In this document: one piece after another, positions 57,530 through 64,000 of the stretch | Layout of the letters: each line of letters opens with the position of its first letter | How positions within the stretch are numbered: the stretch's first letter is position 1 | DNA from: Candidatus Marinacidobacterales bacterium | Lineage (GTDB): Bacteria > Acidobacteriota > Vicinamibacteria > Marinacidobacterales > DATDRI01 | Length of the DNA stretch: 64,000 nucleotides | Direction: 5' to 3' | NCBI GenBank assembly: GCA_965226495.1 | Contig: OZ245365.1 | Span: 4,352,001-4,416,000, forward strand | Made by a program: the position numbers and the translations under genes | Notes under the pieces: generated by a model | What the model was told of the DNA's origin: nothing | The model's input: the letters and a program-made list of their open reading frames with translations, nothing else | Databases searched by the model: none

Positions 57530-57705
57530 CCGCTACCCACCCTCCATTTTCCTCCACCGCGGCTCGGTCATTTAGCGCGGCCGTCCTACAAGACGGCATC
57601 ACCTTGTCGCGGGGCACCATGAGCTCAGCAACTACAGGGAGCAAATCTACTCGATTTCTCGTCTTTATATGAGGAGCAGCTTCTCGGAGAACATCGCCGG
57701 GTCAG

Positions 57706-57734
57706 TTGACATTTGCAATGCAATGCAATACACT
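57706..57734 (+). promoter_or_regulatory. Sigma70 promoter of vapBC-like operon with three TGCAA repeats in the spacer
   Basis: TTGACA-tttgcaatgcaatgcaa (17 nt)-TACACT. Confidence 0.8.
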
Positions 57735-57753
57735 GTGTCACAGAGAAAAAACA

Positions 57754-58008
57754 ATGGAATCTCAAATAAGCGTTCGCGTGCCCGAGGACTTGCGGCGTGC
57801 TTTGGAGGACGCCTCGCAACGGATGAACCGCAAGAGCGGTGAAATCGTTCGCATGGCTCTAAGACAGTTTCTGGCCTTGCCGCCTGGACCCGCCGATCGC
57901 CCGGCAGAACGCGTGCGGGGTCTCATCGGCTCGCTGGAGTCTGGGATTCCTGACTTGGCCGAACAGCACCGCGATTACATTCTTGACTCGCTGAAGAATG
58001 CCCGCTGA
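57754..58008 (+). CDS. RHH antitoxin (VapB-like)
   Basis: QISVRVPEDLRRAL...KSGEIVRMAL, LIGSLESGIPDLA; overlaps the PIN gene. Confidence 0.8.
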   Translation: MESQISVRVPEDLRRALEDASQRMNRKSGEIVRMALRQFLALPPGPADRPAERVRGLIGSLESGIPDLAEQHRDYILDSLKNAR

Positions 58009-58417
58009 GCTGTTATTAGATACCGGCGCCCTGGTTTCACTATTGGACCGGAGCCAAACTCACCACCGTCGATGCGTTCGTTTCTTCGAGGACTGGCACG
58101 GACGCGTCGTGAGTAGCGAGGCCGTTCTCACCGAGGCTACGCATTTGCTCGGCCGCGTTCACGCCGGTAGGAAGGCTTGCATCGATTTCTTCTTGGCTGG
58201 AGGAGCCGTGCTGGCGCCATCCACTTTAGGTTCCCTGCGGCGCTGTCGAACGCTCATGGAAACCTACGAAGACCTGCCCATGGACTTCGCGGATTCGACC
58301 TTGGTGGTCCTTGCGGAAGAACTGGGTACCAACCTAGTCTTCACGACAGACCGGCGGGACTTCAGTACCTATCGCATAGGGGGGCGGAGGCGCTTCAGAG
58401 TCGAACCACAGCTTTAA
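57998..58417 (+). CDS. PIN domain toxin (VapC-like)
   Basis: LLDTG, VLTEA, MDFADSTL, FTTDRRDF acidic active-site residues. Confidence 0.9.
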   Translation: MPAELLLDTGALVSLLDRSQTHHRRCVRFFEDWHGRVVSSEAVLTEATHLLGRVHAGRKACIDFFLAGGAVLAPSTLGSLRRCRTLMETYEDLPMDFADSTLVVLAEELGTNLVFTTDRRDFSTYRIGGRRRFRVEPQL

Positions 58418-58433
58418 AAATCCAAAGGCTGCT

Positions 58434-58599
58434 CTAGTGTCCCGTCCCGGAAGTCATGTTGCATTCGAGCGCCGATGCATCCCGCCTCGCTGCGTTGCGC
58501 CTCGGTTGAATACGCGCGGTATTTCGCCCTCGCCGCGCCTTGCGATCCAGGCGCCTCGACGCTCTCGATGCTAACATCACTTCAGAATCGAACCACTAG
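58434..58599. mobile_element. MITE-like element bounded by CTAG with imperfect terminal inverted repeats
   Basis: Left end CTAGTG-n10-GAAGTCATGTTGCAT; right end (reverse complement) CTAGTG-n10-GAAGTGATGTTAGCAT; the right CTAG contains the TAG stop of the adjacent gene. Confidence 0.7.
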
Positions 58600-60116
58600 A
58601 CACCCATCACACGCCGGATCTCTTGCTGGTCCTCCTTCGATGGAAGTCCCCAATTCGCTTCGTAGTGAAAGAGCTCCATCGGTGTGATCGAGTTGAACCG
58701 ATCGCCTAACACCTCGAAGTGCTCGCTCGTGACCAGCGACGGATGAGCGAGCCCGCATGCGTGACTTAGCTGCAGGAGCTCCTTGCGAAGCGTGGTGACA
58801 TAGTTCGCGAGGCGCGCCGCTTTATAGGTCGGATCGAGGCCTCTCATCAGCCACCGGTTCTGGGTCGCGACCCCCGTCGGGCAATGCCCGGTGTGGCATC
58901 TCTGAGCTTGGATACACCCGATCGCCATCATCGCCTCCCGGCCCACGTTGATGAGATCGCATCCCATAGAAAATGCAAAGAGCGCATCGGCGGGAAAGCC
59001 CAGCTTGCCGGATCCGATGAAAACGACTCGGTCCGTCAGCCCCCGTTCGGCGAATACACGATAAACCCGGCTGAAGCCGACCTTGAACGGCAGGGCGACG
59101 TGATCGGTGAAGACCAGCGGGCCGGCTCCGGTGCCGCCTTCCCCTCCATCGATGGTGATGAAATCGACGCCCCGATCGGTCGTCGCCATTTGCTCCACCA
59201 GCTCGAACCAGAAATCGATGTCGCCGACTGCGGACTTGATGCCGATGGGAAGCCCGGTCTCGGAGGCCAAGTGCTCGACGAAATCGAGCATGCTGTCGAC
59301 GTCTTGGAAGCTCGAGTGACGGGCCGGGCTGATGCAGTCTCGTTCAGGCGGTACCCCACGATACGCGGCAATTTCTGCTGATACCTTGGCCGCCGGCAAA
59401 ACGCCCCCCAATCCCGGCTTCGCGCCCTGGCTGAGCTTGAGCTCGATGGCGCGGATGGGGCTTTGCGCGACGACGTCTTTAAACTTGGCGAGATCGAATG
59501 TTCCCTCGGTGTTACGGCACCCGAAATAGCCGGTCCCGATTTGCCAAATCAAATCGCCGCCGGCCTGATGATATCGAGACACACCGCCTTCTCCGGTGTT
59601 GTGCAAGCACCCCGCGAGCTTGGCGCCGCGGTTGAGGGCCTCCACGGCTCGGGCACTCAGCGAGCCGAAGCTCATCCCGGAGATATTGACGACCGAGGTC
59701 GCCCGAAAGGCCTTTGCACGTCCTCGATAGGAACCCAAGATCTTTGCCCCGGGAAGCGCGTAGCCGTCGACGGCGGTTCCAACCTCTGGATTCACGGGCA
59801 CGGACGAGGAGAACGTGGCGTGCTTGACGATGAGGTAGTTCGGTGACCGTTCGAGCTCGTTGTCGGTGCCGAACCCGACGTAGTTGTTCTGTTTCTTGGC
59901 GGATGAGTAGACCCAGCTTCTTTGGTCGCGACTGAAGGGGCGCTCTTCGTTGTTGCTGGTTACGATGTACTGCCGAAGCTCCGGCCCGACCGCTTCCAGC
60001 CAGTACCGGAAATGGCCGATGATGGGAAAGCTTCTCAGGATAGCGTGCCGGCGCTGGATGAGGTCGTAAGCGATCCAGGCCGTCAGCAGTACGGCGACAA
60101 TGATTCCAATGGACAC
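58596..60116 (-). CDS. FMN-binding glutamate synthase family protein
   Basis: N-terminal TM, SGMSFGSLS, NTGEGG, ELKLSQGAKPGLGG, DGGEGGTGA, CIQAQRCHTGHCPTG. Confidence 0.92.
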   Translation of the reverse strand: MSIGIIVAVLLTAWIAYDLIQRRHAILRSFPIIGHFRYWLEAVGPELRQYIVTSNNEERPFSRDQRSWVYSSAKKQNNYVGFGTDNELERSPNYLIVKHATFSSSVPVNPEVGTAVDGYALPGAKILGSYRGRAKAFRATSVVNISGMSFGSLSARAVEALNRGAKLAGCLHNTGEGGVSRYHQAGGDLIWQIGTGYFGCRNTEGTFDLAKFKDVVAQSPIRAIELKLSQGAKPGLGGVLPAAKVSAEIAAYRGVPPERDCISPARHSSFQDVDSMLDFVEHLASETGLPIGIKSAVGDIDFWFELVEQMATTDRGVDFITIDGGEGGTGAGPLVFTDHVALPFKVGFSRVYRVFAERGLTDRVVFIGSGKLGFPADALFAFSMGCDLINVGREAMMAIGCIQAQRCHTGHCPTGVATQNRWLMRGLDPTYKAARLANYVTTLRKELLQLSHACGLAHPSLVTSEHFEVLGDRFNSITPMELFHYEANWGLPSKEDQQEIRRVMGV

Positions 60117-60235
60117 GGCAGGGCATTATGCCAAAAGCAGGCGGCGCCCGTCGAAACCCGCGCCCGACCAGGAATCGGAGACGCCCTTGCCGCCCTTGCA
60201 CGATGCCGTCTAATCTCCTACGATCCTCTCCTCAT

Positions 60236-61195
60236 ATGGTGACGACAAACAAGAGAACCGATCGACAAAACACGCTTCTGACGGAGCTCAGGAGCGTCTA
60301 CGACCTCACTCTCCCCGAGCTTCTCTATCGCGCCCAAGGGGTCCACCGGGCATCTCACGAGCCGGAGGACATCCAACGCTGCGCGCTGCTCAGTATAAAA
60401 ACGGGCGGATGCCCGGAAGATTGTGGCTACTGCGCCCAGAGCGCTCATTACGAGACCGAGGTCCCGTCGAGCGACCTCATGACGACCGAAGACGTGCTCG
60501 CCAAGGCGCGCACCGCGAAGGAAGCAGGCGCCACACGGTTCTGCATGGGCACCGCGTGGCGATCGGCGAAGGACGGCAAGGATTTCGACGCTGTCCTGGA
60601 GATGGTGCGGGGGGTACGCGATCTCGAAATGGAAGCGTGCGTTACGTTGGGCATGCTCAACGAAGCACAAGCGCGAGCGCTCAAAGAAGCCGGGCTCACC
60701 GCCTATAACCACAATCTGGATACTTCGCGCGAGTACTACCCGAACATCGTGACCACGCGGTCCTACGACGACCGGCTAGCGACCCTAGACGCGGTAGAAA
60801 AAGCCGGCATCTCGGTTTGCTGTGGCGGCATTCTAGGGTTGGGAGAAAGCGTGGAAGATCGTTTAAAGCTCTTGGTAGAGCTTCGCATGCGCGAGATCCC
60901 ACCGGAAAGCATTCCCATCAATGCCCTCATGCCGATGCCAGGAACTCCTCTCGAAGACGTGCCTCCCGTGGATGGGCTCGACATGGTTCGTTTGATCGCG
61001 ACCACCCGAATCTTCTTCCCCCAGGCACGCGTACGACTCGCCGCCGGCCGAAGCCGCATGAGCCGGGAGCTCCAGTTTCTCTGCTTTTTCGCCGGTGCGA
61101 ACTCCATCTTCTTCGGGGAGAAACTCCTTACCGCACCCAATCCCGACACGAGCGAAGACGACGAGCTGTTTCGTTCGATGGGACTTCTGTCGTAG
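60236..61195 (+). CDS. bioB: Biotin synthase
   Basis: KTGGCPEDCGYCAQS radical SAM motif, RFCMG, YNHNLDTS, CCGGILG, GANSIF.GEKLLT. Confidence 0.96.
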   Translation: MVTTNKRTDRQNTLLTELRSVYDLTLPELLYRAQGVHRASHEPEDIQRCALLSIKTGGCPEDCGYCAQSAHYETEVPSSDLMTTEDVLAKARTAKEAGATRFCMGTAWRSAKDGKDFDAVLEMVRGVRDLEMEACVTLGMLNEAQARALKEAGLTAYNHNLDTSREYYPNIVTTRSYDDRLATLDAVEKAGISVCCGGILGLGESVEDRLKLLVELRMREIPPESIPINALMPMPGTPLEDVPPVDGLDMVRLIATTRIFFPQARVRLAAGRSRMSRELQFLCFFAGANSIFFGEKLLTAPNPDTSEDDELFRSMGLLS

Positions 61196-61207
61196 ACAGT
61201 CCAGCGC

Positions 61208-63130
61208 GTGAGCGACGCGATCGTTCTCGGCACCGATACCGACGCCGGGAAGACAACTTTTGCCCTCCTTTGGATGGTCGCCTTTCCGAAGGACTTTGCC
61301 TATTGGAAACCCGTAGAGACCGGCCCCTCCGACACCGAAACCATTCAACGACTCGCGCCTGAATCGCGAGTCCACCCTCCCCTCGCCCGCTTTCGCGACG
61401 CGGTGGCTCCCGAGGTCGCGGCGGAGCGCGAAGGACGTTCGGTACCCGAGGTCGGTGAAATCTTGGACGCCGTTCCCGAGGACACCCGTTCCCTGCTCAT
61501 CGAGACTTTTGGAAGTCCCCTCTCACCCCTTCGTCCGGACGTTTTGCAGATCGAGCTCATCCGCCGTTTCGAGAGGCCGAGTCTCCTGGTTGGCTCCACG
61601 GCCGTGGGTGCGGTAGGAAGAGCCCTCCAGTCGATCGAAACGCTGCGCGCGCACGGCATCGAACCCCGCGCACTAGTACTCATCGGCGCAATAGACACCT
61701 ACGCCGAATCCAAGATTCGCCAGCACGGCGGGCTCGATGTTTTCACGCTAGAGCCACCTACCGCGTTCGACGAAGAAGGCGTGCACCTATGTGCCGAGAA
61801 ACAAACGGATGTCCTACGCTCCTTACGCGCCAAGCTCGAGCCCGAGCCATCGATCGACAAAGACTGGGTAGCGCGCGATCGGCGCTCGGTATGGCATCCC
61901 TACACTTCTCTCAGAGATCCCGATGAGCCGTTGAACGTCGTCAACTCGCGCGATGAGTTCCTCATCCTGGAAGACGGCCGACAGATCATCGACGGTATTT
62001 CTTCGTGGTGGACCATTCAGCGCGCCCATCGCTACCCGCCGCTCATGAAGGCCCTCCGCGAAGCCGCACGTCGATACGATCATGTCGTTTTCGCGGGCGT
62101 CACCCATCCACCCGCTATCGAGCTGGCGGAACGGATGCTCGCCAGCATGCCCTGGTCGGAAGGCCGTGTCTTCTACTCGGATAACGGCAGTACTGCGGTC
62201 GAAGTTGCCCTCAAGATGGCTTATCAGTTTTGGTGTCATCGCGGCGAGCCGGGGCGGCGCTTGTTCGTCGGCTTCGAGGGCGGCTATCACGGCGATACGT
62301 TCGGCGCGATGGCGGTGAGTCGAGATCCTCTGTTCTTCGGTACCTTCGAGCCCTTGCTCTTCGAATCGCGGATCGTCCCCCTTTCACCGAAGAGCCTGGA
62401 TAGACTACTCGTGCGTGAAGGTAGTCGAGTCGCGGCCGTCATCATCGAGCCGCTGGTACAAGGGGCAGGCGGCATGCTCATGCACTCCCCCGAAACCCTG
62501 GCCGCGCTTGCGGACGTCGCGCGGAAGCACGGCGTGCTATTTATCGCCGATGAAGTCATGACCGGTGGTGGTCGCACCGGAACCCTTTGGGCTCACGAGA
62601 CTGCGGGTATCAGTCCTGATCTGGTCTGCGCGGGGAAGACTATCGCCGGGGGAATCCTTCCCATCGCCACAACCCTGGTCGCGCCTCACATCGTCGAGGC
62701 CTTCGACACCGAGGACAAGTCGCGCACCTTTTTTCACGGCCATTCCTTTACCGCCCATCCGCTTTCCTGTGCGGTAGGTGTTGCCAACTGGAGGCTCATG
62801 GAAAACGGCATCGGCGAAGAGCCGCGACAGATCGAGAGCTTTTGGCGAGAGCGCATCGAACCGATGCGTTCCCGTGAGGGCATCAAAGACGTTCGCATTC
62901 AAGGCACGATCGCCGCGGTCGAGCTCGACCTCCCGGGAGGCTATCTCGCCGACTCCGGCCGCCGCATGCGCCAAGTGTGCCTAGAGCACGGCGTTTGGCT
63001 CCGGCCCCTCGGGAACGTTCTCTATGCTCTACCACCATTTCGTACATCTCGAGCATCACTGGAGCAAATAGCCGACGCCATGGAAGCGGCACTCGAAAAC
63101 GTCCTTGCCCCCGGCAGGCATTCGGATTAA
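61208..63130 (+). CDS. bioA: Fused dethiobiotin synthetase / DAPA aminotransferase (BioD-BioA)
   Basis: N-terminal GTDTDAGKT and WKPVETG; C-terminal WHPYT, DGISSWW, SDNGSTAVEVALK, YHGDT, DEVMTG, HGHSFTAHP. Confidence 0.92.
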   Translation: MSDAIVLGTDTDAGKTTFALLWMVAFPKDFAYWKPVETGPSDTETIQRLAPESRVHPPLARFRDAVAPEVAAEREGRSVPEVGEILDAVPEDTRSLLIETFGSPLSPLRPDVLQIELIRRFERPSLLVGSTAVGAVGRALQSIETLRAHGIEPRALVLIGAIDTYAESKIRQHGGLDVFTLEPPTAFDEEGVHLCAEKQTDVLRSLRAKLEPEPSIDKDWVARDRRSVWHPYTSLRDPDEPLNVVNSRDEFLILEDGRQIIDGISSWWTIQRAHRYPPLMKALREAARRYDHVVFAGVTHPPAIELAERMLASMPWSEGRVFYSDNGSTAVEVALKMAYQFWCHRGEPGRRLFVGFEGGYHGDTFGAMAVSRDPLFFGTFEPLLFESRIVPLSPKSLDRLLVREGSRVAAVIIEPLVQGAGGMLMHSPETLAALADVARKHGVLFIADEVMTGGGRTGTLWAHETAGISPDLVCAGKTIAGGILPIATTLVAPHIVEAFDTEDKSRTFFHGHSFTAHPLSCAVGVANWRLMENGIGEEPRQIESFWRERIEPMRSREGIKDVRIQGTIAAVELDLPGGYLADSGRRMRQVCLEHGVWLRPLGNVLYALPPFRTSRASLEQIADAMEAALENVLAPGRHSD

Positions 63131-63173
63131 GTTCAGGACCGGACAAAATGTCAGGCTGTCAGGAGGTTGTGCG

Positions 63174-64000
63174 ATGAGCAAGTCTACGGCATGGGTCGGT
63201 TTGGCGGGTTTATTGACGCTGGCAGGATGCAGTCAAGACAGCCATAAGGCCCCGGCGCCCGCCAATATCGAGGTCACGACCGTTCCTGCGACGGTTTACA
63301 CCGTCGTAGAAGGGGTACCCAAGACAAGCGGGGACACACCCGACACGCAGGACCTGAGTTGGCTTTTTCACTTGGTCTTCGAATCGCGCGAAACCGAGCC
63401 GCTAAGTTTCGACGAAGCGCACCTCTCCTTCAAGCGTGGCGAGAAAACCGTTTGGCACGAAGCCCTGCCGCGGGAATATCTCGAAGGCATGGAATGGATC
63501 GAAGGAGCCTATCAGCTCGATACACCGTACTTCCTCGACAACGTGATGTTCGGCAAGGAAGTGCCAACCGAGCCGGAGCTTCCCGCCGGCGAAAGCGTCA
63601 CTTGGATACGAATTCCCTTCGTCCGCGCGGCATACGCCGACATCGACAATATCCACCTCATGTTCCATCTGCGAGACGGCCAGGGAACGCTCAGAACCGT
63701 GGAACACTCGGTCCCGATCACGCGCCACGAGCAACAGGTCAAGCTGCGGCTTCCCTTCTCCGGAACCTGGGCGGTTCTCAAGGGAAACGACGTCAACTCG
63801 GGCCACCGACGAACCGGCTTTCGAAACCTCACGACGATGGGTTGGGATTTCGCCAAGGCAGACGGAGAGAGTTTCGGTGAATCCGTGCTGGCGGCGGGTG
63901 ACGGCGTCGTCGTCGACGCGCGGAACGATATCGAAGACTACGGTCGTGGTGTCACGCCGGCCCGGGAGCGCTTAGAGGAGGATGGGGATGTGTTCGCGGG
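63174..64000 (+). CDS. M23 peptidase family lipoprotein, 3'-truncated by the window edge
   Basis: AGGAGG RBS; MSKSTAWVGLAGLLTLAGC lipobox; LRLPFSGTW...GHRR...WDF...FGESVLAAGDGVVV; absent from the ORF track because no stop falls in the window. Confidence 0.72.
   Translation, partial: MSKSTAWVGLAGLLTLAGCSQDSHKAPAPANIEVTTVPATVYTVVEGVPKTSGDTPDTQDLSWLFHLVFESRETEPLSFDEAHLSFKRGEKTVWHEALPREYLEGMEWIEGAYQLDTPYFLDNVMFGKEVPTEPELPAGESVTWIRIPFVRAAYADIDNIHLMFHLRDGQGTLRTVEHSVPITRHEQQVKLRLPFSGTWAVLKGNDVNSGHRRTGFRNLTTMGWDFAKADGESFGESVLAAGDGVVVDARNDIEDYGRGVTPARERLEEDGDVFA

Noticed and set aside
1-64000. tRNA, rRNA, CRISPR array, prophage, transposase or integrase
   Set aside because: None recognised; the long repeats are paralogous coding sequence.

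Overview
GC-rich bacterial DNA. The gene content (DUF5916 barrels, DUF1549/1553 plus DUF1501, an '[14 protein letters not shown]' kinase remnant, Tat-exported hydrolases) suggests Acidobacteriota or a similar lineage; this is inference. The window is mostly accessory catabolism: two hydantoinase/oxoprolinase A/B pairs, one with a signal-less SBP-fold protein, an ADP-forming acyl-CoA ligase and an IacB-like protein; duplicated LLM monooxygenases; duplicated Tat amidohydrolases; a GMC oxidoreductase; a Na+-pumping glutaconyl-CoA decarboxylase/acyl-CoA dehydrogenase operon; and bioB with a bioD-bioA fusion. It also holds two type II TA modules, an orphan PilY1-like gene behind a sigma54/IHF-type promoter, an HNH nuclease gene and two CTAG-bounded MITE-like inserts. 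Most notable: (1) a three-gene operon of a FadL-like barrel, a periplasmic-TPR/TM/STAND-like ATPase and a STAND-like ATPase-Ser/Thr kinase, a candidate trans-envelope signalling system; (2) two tandem duplications whose junctions keep chimeric scars of the flanking genes with mostly silent or conservative divergence; (3) a palindrome inside the HNH gene with a covarying copy 2 kb upstream. No tRNA, rRNA or CRISPR array was seen. All family calls come from motif recognition by eye, with no database search.
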